A stretch of 62,235 bases of DNA, the filler included, from Choristocarpus tenellus KU-1152 (lineage: Eukaryota > Protista > Phaeophyceae): the NCBI GenBank assembly GCA_964200185.2. It is 8 parts of 8 records of this genome, joined end to end, with 100 filler letters (N's around TTAATTAATTAA, not from the genome) between each part and the next. Parts side by side here need not be neighbours in the genome. Positions count along the whole stretch, not along the records: positions 36,124 to 49,525 come from CAXNAD020001505.1; 7 more parts are not named here. One strand, given 5' to 3'. Position numbers and translations under genes: made by a program. Of this stretch, positions 37,043-49,625 are shown piece after piece; within the stretch, counting starts at the first letter, position 1, and every line of letters begins with the position of its first letter. The notes beneath the pieces are model-generated. The model had not been told where the DNA came from and did not search any database. It saw nothing but the letters and a program-made list of their open reading frames with translations.

Positions 37043-40000
37043 ATGCAGCGACAAAGGCACACCTCCTTCGTTGCACCAGTGTTATCACGTAGTCAGCCGG
37101 TAGAAAAAAAGACATCTGGGAACCGGTTTCCAGTTCGTAGGCGATTACGACAAAAATGTTCGACTCCCCTTCAGACCTCCATCTACCTCCTGATCGCCTT
37201 GTCAGCAATAATACTCTGCTTTCGGCATGTTTTGTTTGTACCTGTCAAAGACGCGATCCTACCTTCTCGATTTGGTAAAGGGGGCCAGATGGCCGTGGTG
37301 GTCCCAGCGCATGAAGGCGACGTCGATCTTGCTTTGAAATCGATTCTTCGTTGGCCTGCAAGATGCTCTAACTTAAGGAGGAGATACATGGACCTCATAG
37401 TGTACTATGCTGGGAGAGAGGACAGCGCTTCGGCGAGAGCCTTGGATGCGCTCAGCCAGTCGAGTGTTTCCTGCTTCAAGTCGACAAAGCTTATACATGC
37501 TCGCCTTAGAGAAGAGGTGTGACATTCGCATATTCTTGACGACAACATAACATTCACCTCTTTCCCGAAATTCCTGTTCTTGCTCTGGAGCAGACCCAAA
37601 GTATCTCGGGGGGGGAGGTCTACACCAGGGTGTCCATTTGGGTCAAAAACAGGAAAAGTGTATTTACATTGTCCATCCGTATGCAACCAAATCACCCAAA
37701 AATCGCGACGTGAAAAAATTGACCCCAAATGGAGAGCCACCACCACCCCCCAGATACTTTGAGCCAGCACATTGTACTTCAAAGGAAAGCTGCGAATGAG
37801 TTTCACTACAATGCATTATCCGTGTATCGAATGACGTCCTTACACACTCCTGTCCTCTTTCTGTACTTGCCCATGACAGGAGATGGTTTACCCGACAGGT
37901 CCTTCCGCCCAGTTCTACAAAATGTTTTTGGATGATGAGATTAAGGAGCAACTCTCTTCTTATGACATGCTGGCATTGATTGAGTGGGATGTCATTGTTG
38001 CGCACGACACGTCGTTTGAAAGACTCTACTCGGCGGCATTTTTTAATGATGAGTCGTTTTGGGTGAAGGGCAGCACACTTGATGGGGACAACTTTCACGA
38101 CACGGCAATTATGTCGGACTCCTGGCATGTGGTTGGCCACCTTAATGGTAACGCAATATACAACAATACAGATCCGGCGTTCAAAACTTTTTTAAACTAC
38201 ACAAAAGAGCAATGGGGCTACAGCTACCCCTTCGATGTAGCAATATGGGCTACCTTATCAGACTTTCCGTATAGCTGGCTATTGTGGCAGCGCTACATCC
38301 GTAAATTTGTGCCTTCAAACTTGGTGAGACGATTTATATAGGACCCATGCGTAGTGGTTGTCTCGCAGGGAATTTACTAAATTTTGGTCACTGTGAGACG
38401 CAAATCGTTGATGCATATGCTCGATGTCCATCTATATCGCCCATTTTCTTTACGTTGAAATCACACAAACTAATTCGAGCTCCTACACTGCTCACGTTCC
38501 TTGTCCGCTCAGATTTCAAACGTCGGCTTCCTTGATGTGAGCAATCAAATACTGCAAAATGCAATAGATGGGGACACCCTTTTCGTTCATGGGAGCACTG
38601 GTGGATCTGGCAGCAGGACACATCGCAATAAGAAAGCAGAGTTGGACTTCCACGTTCGTAGCTCTACTGGGGGAGGCGATTGTACACAATATTGCAGTGG
38701 CAGTAGTCATGGAATCTTGCCCAAGGGCACCAGTACTGTTTGTGACCCTTCATGCTTACGAGGGGGAGGCAAGCTGCTACCTCGTTTTGGAGGCTATATG
38801 TGTGGAGCCGGAGATGATTTAAAGTATGGGAAGGGCTGCCGCCTTTGCTACACTGACCTGCAGGAGGCACAGAGAGCGGATATGGCACTGTGGGATCGCT
38901 CAATGCAAGGTGTGGACAGAGCATCCAATGATTCTTGCTATGAGCGGTCACATGTTATTATGTGCGACACGCTCTCGCCACCACCATCAAAGAATTGTCA
39001 TAAGGAGTGCAATGTTCAAGGGAACGCGGTGAGTGACAAGGATGACTAATCCAAGCATACTTCGCAGATACGAAAGTTGTATAGTGCAAGGTATGTCTGA
39101 ATCAGCAAGATGTGCGTGGTTTGCCATTTACTCTGCTTGTTGGTCTGAATTCAATATATTTGAAACTATGTAATACCACCGTGTCCATTTCACAGCAGTT
39201 GAGGAGGCCAGCAGTCTCGTGGTGACATATTACATCTTTCTGTACCTCAAAGGTATTGTAACAAGCAGCAGCTTTACATATGTTTACACACTCCATCAGC
39301 ACATGTTCCCTCTTCCCAACGCCCTGATCAGCTTCTGCAATATGTGCTATGACTTTGCTCAAGGTATGCGATGCCACCTGCAGTGATGGGCGTTTTGGAG
39401 CGTACAACTGTCATTTTAGGGGATATGACTCTTGTCGTTCATGCTTCCATGATGAGAAGAAAGCACGCGAAGAAGACGCCATTGCACGCCTCCAAGGTGG
39501 GAGGGCAATAATGTGCAACACCCTTGAGCCTCCATTGCCACAGGTTTGCACGGGAGTGGTTGGCGAGGATCTGGTTGTTGATATGGAGGGTAGTGACGGA
39601 GACAATTCTGCTGAGGAAGACAATGTTGTCACATCTAAAGGTTCAGAATCAAAAAGGCCATACAGGCTAAGCAACGTTGACCACAGAAATTACTGCGTTG
39701 TAATACGGAGCTACCAGAATGTGGTTGCTGAAACAATCTTGACAGTGGAAAGCGTGGGTCACTTCATGGAAGGAGCAAAGGTTGTCATTGCAACGCACCC
39801 AATATCATTCTTTTCTTTCAAGAGGTGAGTGAAGCGAAAAGTTGTGTGTTAAGTGTGAGCGTGGTAGGTGTTTTGTCCATTTATTTGCATCAGAACTGAA
39901 AAAGGGCCAAAGTATCAGATTTTCAGGGGCGATTGCAAACTTGTGTTATACTGTATAGAAGTAGTTTGAAAAAATCATAGAGAACTTGTGTCATGCACAT

Positions 40001-43000
40001 TTATGGAGCTAGCATTGTTTAACACATTAGTCAATGAATACTGTGATGTGGCTGCTTTCTTGTCCCCACCAACATGCCACAAGCATTAATTTTCTCAATA
40101 CTTAACAAATTCAGAGACTGGGAACCTACCCGGCATAATATGTGAGCCATCACCTAGCCAATCGTGTGCTATCCCCAACAGGTCATCTATATCTCTGCGT
40201 TTCCCCTTGCACCTGTTCCAGAACCTCACTCTTTTTTCATCTTTTGGGCGTAGGCAGTTGGTAAAGCCGTGTACTATGGATTTTATCTTACAAACTGTAG
40301 GCATTGATACGTCAAGCAGCTTTTTTATATGGGTGCATGTGGTTGTATATGAGTGATGCGGTCTGGTTCGTATTATTTGCTTACTATACGTGGAATTTAC
40401 ACCTTTGCGTATGGGATACTGGGTATGATGGTCTAACAGTAAATGAGCAAGGAGAGAGTGTCGTATCTGACTCGAGCTCACTCCATGATCTAAACTAATA
40501 CGTATGAATACATGATCAGAGCAGAACCCTTGTAAGCCCAGAAGGGTGGAGTCCTTACATCAGGAGAACATCTGAGCTGTGAGTGCTCATAAACACCTAA
40601 TTTGTCAAGTAGGGAGATATCACTGTTCACAGAGGCAGACGATCCCATGACTACCTGAGGTTTTGGGATCAAATCCCTGCTTCATCGCTTTCCCAAATCC
40701 CTATGGCGGGAGGGTAAACATAGGCTAGGAGAGGGGTCTAGGAGGAGGTCGCAGGGGAAGTGCAGATTGAAATGACTGCTAGGGGAGAGCATACGACTAG
40801 TAGGGTGATAAGGCACATATTATGCTAGGTAAGTTTCCATCCTTCGATTTTGTTACATATTACGTAGCATTAAGATATCAATGTTCCACCAAGGAAGATA
40901 TTTTTGTCACTCAACCATCTGCCATGGTGGAACAGAAGTGGAATATCATTATTTGACTGTTCTATGACTACTCTGTCATTAATCATTTGCAATTGATCAC
41001 TGCACATTTCAAATTTCACATTTACAAGGAGTTATCACGCGCATTCTAGTTTTTAGGAGGTTATCTACAACGAGAAGCTACTTCCTGCTGTATTGGTATG
41101 TTAATTAGCTAGTGGTTCTTTCTAGTCAAACGTTAAGTAGTACTTTTCGAATTCACCAAAACAATGAGCAAGGGATGTCCGCTGGAAACTAGATATTTTT
41201 CAATACTAAGTGCAACATCGAATCATGAACACTGAGGAGACAATTGCCAGTTAAGGGAGGTGTTCTCCCTGTATTATGTTTTCAGTTTTTGCATCGTTTT
41301 GTTAGTTTTTCGGGATATTTTTTCTGCCTTGGGTTGCTGCCCATAACCCTAGCCCTGTAGGATTCCAGGGTTCCCGTCAAACCCTGTAACTAAACCTAAA
41401 TCGGGTTCACCTACCTCTCACTGACATTACCCTCAGTTAGAACTTCACACTCTCATCATAACAATCTTAAACATCCCTTATTGGTATTCTTCCCAGACAA
41501 CCTCTTCTGTAGTGAATTGTTTAAGGTCGGCAATTCTTTCTTCCACCATAATATTCTATCTTCCAGAGAGTCACTACTATAAGTTGAAGTATGTTAAGCT
41601 CAAGTAACAGCAGAGTGACCTGAATTTAGACCTCAAATCTAGAGCAATATTTTTGCCTGATTTGATGTAGAATAGGCTGGCACATATAACCATGAGTTGC
41701 TATTCTATTCCAATACATGCCAGTGCCTGCAAGGCCCAATTGTACTTTGGTGATCAGCATCCTCCTGATGAAGTACAACCAGATGGTTTATTAGTATATG
41801 TTTTTCTCCTTTTTCACAGGTCAGTCATGATGCACAGTGCTTCTGGTAGGTAGAAATTGTTTTGGCTAGTGTCATTAAAATAAGGCATGTTGCTCGTACT
41901 TTCATAATGAGAGCTCTGTAAGAAGGAAGTTGATATCTCCGTGAGTTGTTTTTGCCACTGCAAAGATGACAGAGCTTGTCCAAGAGAGTGTGGAGCTTGT
42001 GAAAGTGCTGCTGCATATGCATGTGCAATAGCAGTAGTATTAGCAATACGGAGGGGGTGCGGAAATTGCACCCAATAATCCATTTACGAGCTATTCACTG
42101 GTTAGTCCAAACCTAGACTTGTAACTAGGTTCTACACTTTCTGATATTCCAATCGAGATCTACAAATCGTACGACTACATTGAACTGTTTGCTGATACCT
42201 TGTAAGTATGATATCTATTACATTGAACTTTAAAGTATTATTGTACATTTGTTAATATGTATGTTAAGTACCACTTATTTCTACTACGAAATATATAGTT
42301 TTAACTTCAGTTCAGTAACTCGAGGATTTGTGGTAGACCATACCTAGCCCTAGCTCCTGATGATAGGCACTACACTTCGCGCTACTTCCAAAACATAATT
42401 ATTAACCGATGAGTAAATAATTACTGCCCCTTGCGTAGCTCTCGTTTTTCTCAGGTCAGTTATTCACGGGATGTTTATCGGATATCGGTTAGGTTTGAAC
42501 TTTCTTTGACCAAAGTTGATGCACTATGGCTGAGTCATGTAGGCGCGCTATTGTACTACACACAATGTACTGGATCCTCTACACTGTAATATGTGGTTAT
42601 GAGATTAAATTCATTCTTCCTCACCTTCCTTTCGTTCAAAGAAGTTTTTTTTTGGCTTGATTGTCAATGATTATCTTGAAATAATGGCCCCCAACGCTGG
42701 TCGTTAACCTTTATAAAATCTGTCAAAAGACAAATTTTCTCCTACCGGATTAAGATACTGGATTGTCAATGCATAATATATATATATATGGATTTAGTTA
42801 GTGATGGTCAATATAGAGTGAGTGACATTCTAATCGGAAATCTCGTGTTGATTTCTTCCTCTCAACCTCATTCACAACAGCTGGAAATGTCCATCCACAC
42901 TAAACACTGAAGCACTAAACTGGGTTGTTTCTCTCGTATTATGGAAATGCTTCTTCTGTAGAAAAAACAGGTGTGTGTAAAGGTGGCTGCTGTAATAGAG

Positions 43001-46000
43001 CAATAATGAATGACAAATAAAGCTGATGTTTGTATGTATTCACTACCCTTTTCCTGCCCCAATACTGAGCATATCCAGCACAGGCTGTTCCTCATAATAA
43101 AATGTTTATGGTGAGGAAGTGAGGAGAGTTCTAAGTTGCAAAAGTGTGGAGGCGTTTGAAACACACTGTGATCTCTTTTGTTTTCCGTTTTTGGCTGCAA
43201 GTACGAGGTCAGTTGCAATTTGGAGAAACTTATGTACCTCAGCAAAATAAAACCCCATTCCTTTCTCTCTTTTTCAATCCATTCCACAATATAGAACATG
43301 TCGATGAGCAGGACACAACAACAAGTTGGTTATGTATCCTATCCCACATCCACTACAAATATCACTCTGCACTGAACTCTCTCTTCTTGCTGTCACTCTA
43401 AATTTGGACAGGGCCTTGGCTGCATTCCCTAATTTGACAATCTACAACATATCCGCAATCAACTATGCAGAACTTTGGGCAGATAAAATGTGCGATAATA
43501 CGAGTCTCATCTACTACATTCAGCCTGGAACTATTGTCATGCGCAGCCCTCTCAAAAAGGATATATATTCACCTTCGGGGGACTTATTGGTACAATGGTA
43601 TGGGAAAGATAAAGTTTCTCTGCAGAACCAAAGGCGTTCATCCCTAACCTCGATCTTGCTCGGCTTTGAGAGTCAACCATTTGCGTCTGGTCTGGGTCTC
43701 ATCCTTCCGAGAGATATCAACGCAGAGCTGAGAAAATTTATCATGCTTCGTCCTCTAATGCAGAAGAAATTTCCCATCCTTTTCAATGAGGAAGCAGCTA
43801 TCGCAGACTATCTCAACAAGATTAGAGGAGATGACAACCTATTAGAAATCTCAGTTCCTGAGGTGAGTGTGATGTTTGTCGATTTTTCTTCTTTCGACTG
43901 CATTAAGAATGAGTGCCAACGCACAATTGACTATTAAGTCTGAATGTAGTACCGGAGTAGCTGCAGACTGGCATCAAATGATCATAAGTCAAGGGATTTC
44001 ATTGCTCAGCCATCAGATGTTTGAGTAGTCAACGAAATGGCCTATTTTTTTCTTGGGTTGGAACTAGACCAATTGAAATAAATGTGAGAAAAGAGAAAAG
44101 AAGAGGATAGGCACAATCTCACAACTGATGTACCTGTAGGCTGAAATGCATACTAAGCATGCAATTCATTCCCCTAGGTAAGAACACACCAACCTTGCCT
44201 GTACCTTGTCATTTGTTTTCATATATGTCATATTGTTGTGAAGTATGGCATCACACGGTAGAGGGGTTCTTGAAAACAGCACCCCTACTTGCCATACCTG
44301 ATAAATCACACTCTCTTTTTTATTTCTCTTTGTGTGAACCCCTTCCACCAACACACAACAGGCATTGGCATCCCTAGCCTTTGCAAGGGGTCATCATGGA
44401 ATTAAATTCTTCAACCCTGTCCATTGGACAAACAACAATCTTTTCCAAGATGCCTCAGCGTGGGATATTCCTCTTATCAGGCCATCCTTCAGCTGCATGG
44501 TGGACATGAGTCTTGCGTATAAGGGGTATGATTTGAGCTTGCACCTCAGAAATCTTCTTCAGTCTTTCAAACTGAAGTCACGGAACTGTGAGTTAGGGTA
44601 TCTTGCTCTCCCGGAGACCGAATTGAGAGCTAGACCTGGCGTGGAGTTTGGGCCAGCTACTGGGTTGCCTATGCCGCTGTTAGAGGACTTTGATATCAGT
44701 GTCATGTATCGGACGTTTTATGATGATGCCTTCCTCTTTGAGGTCTCTCTGTTATCGGTCATTGATCGTTTCCCTTTTGCCCGTGAGGTTGTGGTTGTGA
44801 TTGACGAGACGGAGAAGGTTTTGTTCCAGGGCATCTTGAAGCCGCACATCATGAATGCACCCTTCCCAATACGGTTAGTTACGGAGGAGGCCTTGATGGA
44901 TGGTCACGTACAGCAGCAATATTCCAAGATGCTTGCTGACCTGTACTGTGAAGGAGACTTCATCCTACACATGCGCTCTGATGTGGTGATCATCGAGGAT
45001 GTGACCTATGATCACATATTCAAGTTTGGCAAACCTGTTCTTCCTTTCAGGCGTTACCGTGACGATGCAGGTGAGATCATGTTTGAGGTCTTGATCATCT
45101 TTGAAACAACACATTTATCTCAAGGAAATGATGCTACAGAATGGGTTGCCTATTGCGGTCTCTCCTTCTCTGAACCATCTTCATATACCTGAGCAAGAAG
45201 TGGTAACCAGTAGAGCTGTTTATATTGTTTGATGTAGAGCCTTTACAAGCTTAGTTGAGCAGATACCACCAGAAGAACCCTTGTATAGAACAAGAATTTA
45301 AATTGTCCCAATATCTTTTTAGCCCTCGCTCAGGGATGTAGAATATGTTTGAACATTAGAGTCAAAGTACGGAGAGGGGATACCATTGAGGTTTTAGGGG
45401 CTCTTTGACTTGCTGGTGGCTCGTGTTTTCCAGTACAAATTACACAACAGTGCAGCGAACATTTTAGGTGTTTTGTGAGTACAAACAGTTTGTAGAAGCA
45501 AGTCCTCATAGAGGTTCGTTTTCAAATGCCTTATCCTCCTTTAAATAACATTGAAGAACCTTCTTATAAACTCAAATCGACAAAACGTCTTTGTTGGTGA
45601 TTAGCTAAAGCAATGACCCTTCAAAACAAAACATGTATTGGCCGTGATCAGCTATACTTGTACAACCGTATACAGTTGAATGATTTTTAAATTCGGACGT
45701 CAGTGACCATACGCAGGTCTCATTAAGGAAGACTCAGACCATTCCCAGCAGTAATCCCTGGAGTTTGAAGTTCTTGTTCATAATGGGTTCCTAACAAGCA
45801 GGAGCTGCGGGGTTGATCATTTCTGTGTATTGGTTTTCAACTGTATGAGACTTATACATATTTCTTTCACACTAGTGAACGTGTTACTGAAACCATTGTT
45901 TACCAAATCGTCCGCAGTGGAAAGGCAAGCCTTGAGACTGGAACTCTACGTTCTAATTTCAGCATTCACGTATCAAATTTGACCAACTTAGAACACATTA

Positions 46001-47175
46001 GTTGAGGATGTATCTCAGCCACATAGCAAATGACTCCTTCCAAAGGTGGCAGGGTATTGCTATTTGCTTTTCCAGAAAAAAAAAATTGAGAGTACATATG
46101 GACGACTTAGAAATTGAGGTTAAGTGTCATCACCGTAAGAAGTATAACTTGTCAAGCCCTATGACCAATAAACTGACAGGTAAATGCCTCACTGCATTCT
46201 AGTCTAGTCCATAACGGACATTGAGATACTTCAAAAAGGACATTTGGTGGAGCTTAATTTCCGTGTCATGGTGCGATTTTTTTATTGGAAGCTCTATCCC
46301 AAAAAATGAGTCAGAGTATCTTAGAGGGTAGAGCTGCGTCCATTTGGGGGCCAAAACCCAATGTTGCGATTTTGATGTAATTTTGGCTATTGTGTTTGTT
46401 AGGAAGTTTCAATATCCTAGTTCCAGATATATATAACCTACTCTGAAACGTTTCGGGGTAGGAAAAATGTCATTAAAAAAAGATGGGAAGCCAAGCCCAA
46501 ATGGACTAACAGGGCAAAATCGTACCCTCTAAGATACTTTCAATCAATTGCAACCACAACAGATCTGTCATGCTGTAATGGTATACTACTTGATGATAGT
46601 TCTGGAGATATGCTGTTGGTTTTTTTCAAGACCTTTCTTGGCAGTATGGTACGAACATATATATGCAACAGGCATATATGTTTTCATGAGACACGTTTTC
46701 ATATTGGCGATACATCGTCATTGTGAAGAAAATCTGGCGATGCTATTTGATAGGTTAACTTGTATTATCAGTGATAAAACCGGATGTCATGACAGCCCTG
46801 TATGATAGAGCAACCTAACATCACTATCGGCGCTTGTTAAGGAGAGTGCAAATCGAAAAAGTCACATATCTTGGCCTTGTTTCATGTTGCAGATTGGATC
46901 AACAAGGTGTTGTCGGTATGCTGGAAGAATGGTACAGTGCTGGCATTGGGCGAGGATGTGGTGCACGAGTTTTCAATCTTCACTACCCCTGTATACCCAC
47001 GTGAGGTGTATCCAGCAACACGTACTTTCATCGAGAACAAGCAAGGAGTCCCATTCATTGACTTCATGAAGACTCGAAGAGGCCAGTGCCAAGCAGTCGA
47101 GATGTTGGCCGACTGGACATTAGAGGAGCGCAGTCTTGTCTTTTCAGGGTTCAACATCCTTGGGGCATATCTGTG
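37043..47175 (+). CDS. Large type II membrane protein with three glycosyltransferase-like domains and two Cys-rich repeats; exons 37043-37516, 37880-38323, 38513-39028, 39364-39824, 43412-43862, 44362-45070, 46893-47175; 3' end not resolved
   Basis: Seven long phase-compatible GT-AG exons. Basic tail plus TM (IYLLIALSAIILCF). AVVVP..IEWDV..FWVKGS..HLNGNAIYN domain. Two paralogous (Y/F)xxxxR(S/T)..AD domains, the last with GHVQQQYSKMLADLYCEGDFILHMRSD. Confidence 0.85.
37597..37761 (+). mobile_element. MITE family B (~165 bp), full copy in intron 1. Partial copies at 14899-14915, 35247-35380, 36124-36186, 49370-49525, 53880-53929, 62202-62235
   Basis: TIR CAAAGTATCT+polyG ... polyC+AGATACTTTG with a shared body (GTCTACACCAGGGTGTCCATTTGG..AAAAATCGCGAC). 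Confidence 0.85.
46313..46540 (+). mobile_element. MITE family A copy (intronic)
   Basis: AGAGTATCTTAGAGGGTA...TACCCTCTAAGATACTTT. Confidence 0.85.
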
Positions 47176-47627
47176 GTAAGTGCAAGCAAGAGGACTAATC
47201 TCAACTGTATTTTTCAGATGACTATCTCACTATTCATACAGCAAACACGTACAACACTCCAAAGAACTGCATTGTGAAGACAGGACATATATGTTGCATG
47301 GATGATTGACCAAAGTAGATCAGCTCCATGGCAGGTTACAATGTTGTTGCAATAGTACCTTATCTCCAACGAAGTTCTATTAAACGAGCAAGAGTTGTAA
47401 CTGTAGGATGAGTGTTATACATTCGGCTTGTGTGTGATCCCACCACAACGCAGTCTTTGGCGAACAAGAGGTGCCTGTCCTCCTCCTGATAGTGCAATGT
47501 AAAGTTTTGGAAGCGACCTAAGAACGGTAGCTGTTGCGGGTTAGCATGTCTTCAACTGTATTCCCCAATGCCAGCAACCTTCGCCTTTGCTAACAATATG
47601 ATAGGGAAGAAGTGGATACTTCATGTC

Positions 47628-47781
47628 TAGGCCTCTCCCTGACAAACTCTCAGAGAAAGAGCCTAAGAAATTGGGCTCTATAATGATATCCATGTTTTAC
47701 AGTTTAGGCCTCTCCCTGACAAACTCTCAGAGAAAGAGCCTAAGAAATTGGGCTCTATAATGATATCCATGTTTTACAGTT
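47628..47781. repeat. Perfect 77-bp tandem duplication
   Basis: TAGGCCTCTCCCTGACAAAC...GTTTTACAGTT occurs at 47628 and 47705. Confidence 0.95.
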
Positions 47782-49625
47782 TTCTGCTCAAATTCCTTGG
47801 TTTCCACACGAGTAGAATGATTCAATCAACCCCTATGTATTTCCTTGTGTATCAACCTGTCAACTGAGATGTAAAGCATAATTGTTGCACCCACACACGC
47901 AATCGTGACTGTGCAACGGCACGATCAAGGGAAATGATGTGTGCTTTATCTTCCATCTATTCCAGTGTGGTATGGAAGGTCTATTTGGTTACTGTATGTG
48001 TTAACTTCGATCACACACAATGTGTGAGGCCTTCCTCTCCTGGGCTTTGAGGCACTCTTGTCTGTCCGATATTCTACTGGTATTCCAGCTCATGCTCGTA
48101 ACTATTTTTTTGGGGGGGAAGTAGGCTTGTATACAGAACACATTGAATTGGGATGAGACCTTCAGTGGCGGGTTTTCTGTGAGTTCGATGGTCAGGGCCA
48201 ATCTATTAACCCACTAAATTCAACTCTCAACGACCAGAGAGTAAAGGTTGGGCTAGGTGTTTTCACGTAGCAATCATATACCTTTGTTTTGGCTGCTTCA
48301 TATCTTGTTGAGTAGACTTGCACTACTCTAGGTATTTGCTTATTGACACCATGTTTACAAAGGCTTTGATCGTTATCTTGTTATAGTGCACACATATGCG
48401 GCACCTGCACATGTTCAGTGATTCGTCAGCCTGCCCTTGTAAACTATTTGAGATTTTGTGCAGTGTTTCCACTTGTGACCGTGCCTGGACCTCTCTTCCA
48501 CACTACCTCGATGTTTTTTGCCTGTTTTAAGGGATCAAGAAAAGTGTCCAGTTGGGATGAAATATATCACACCCTCTAATGGCTCCCAAAGATTGTTGTA
48601 CCACTGACTGCTTGGTCAGGGGCAGACAGTCGTGTATTGTGTGCTGCGGTCAAACAATCGGTGATATCTCAATAGTTGACGTACCCTTCTACAGCCTCAA
48701 GAATGAGGAATGTATGATACGTGGTGTTTGATGCTAATCTTAAGAGCCAGAGAAATTGAGGGGCAGGCAAGGTCACATTTCAAAGATCCAACTGGTCAAA
48801 ACACACTATTCTCAATTACTTCATCTCCAACAGATATTTCTAGTCTTCATCAATTACCCCAAAAATACTGTTCTGAACAAGAGTTGAGCTACGTTGATGT
48901 TGGAAGATCTTGGTATATGTAAAGAAACGTTAGATTTGAAGAGCCTCTTCCACAAGACGATCTTGTGGCAATTCTCTAGATGCTCTATTAAAATGGCTCA
49001 GGTGGAATCTTTCATTAGGTGCTATCCTACTAAGCTCAGCTTTAGGGCAGTGACAAACAACTTATCCGCTTTGTGTACACGTCCGATTTCGTTTTAGTCT
49101 TTGGGAAATGAAACAAGCATATAATTCCCATAGCATTCCCATAGCATAGATTGTGATATTGTCAAACATCAACATGTGAATTGCTGTGTGCATGATCTGG
49201 CTTGGAGAGGTTTCACGTTGTGATTGTGATATTTTTTAGCATGTTTGATGCACATACGTTTCAGGAAGTCATGTGACGAGGTTGGAAGTTACGAGTAAGA
49301 CACCAAAAATGGTTCATAATAAACTGTGTGGTTATGGTATGGGTTGAAAATTCCTCAATGTTTTGAGGGTCGAAGTAGATGGGGGTGTGTGGCGGCTGTC
49401 CATTTGGGGTCAGTTTCTTTATGTCGCGATTTTTAGGTGATTTGGTTGCATACGTTGGATGGATAATGTAAATGCAGTTTTCGTGATTTTGGCCCAAATG
49501 GACACCCAAGTGTAGAGTCCCCCCCNNNNNNNNNNNNNNNNNNNNNNNNNNNNNNNNNNNNNNNNNNNNTTAATTAATTAANNNNNNNNNNNNNNNNNNN
49601 NNNNNNNNNNNNNNNNNNNNNNNNN

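Noticed and set aside
39825-43411. Possible nested gene in the 3.6-kb intron (also 13000-14900 and 54000-56400)
   Set aside because: Only short motif-less ORFs; more consistent with decayed retroelement DNA that I could not classify.
47628-47781. Direct repeats as a possible CRISPR array
   Set aside because: Two abutting 77-bp copies with no spacers, in a eukaryotic context; simple duplication or assembly artefact.
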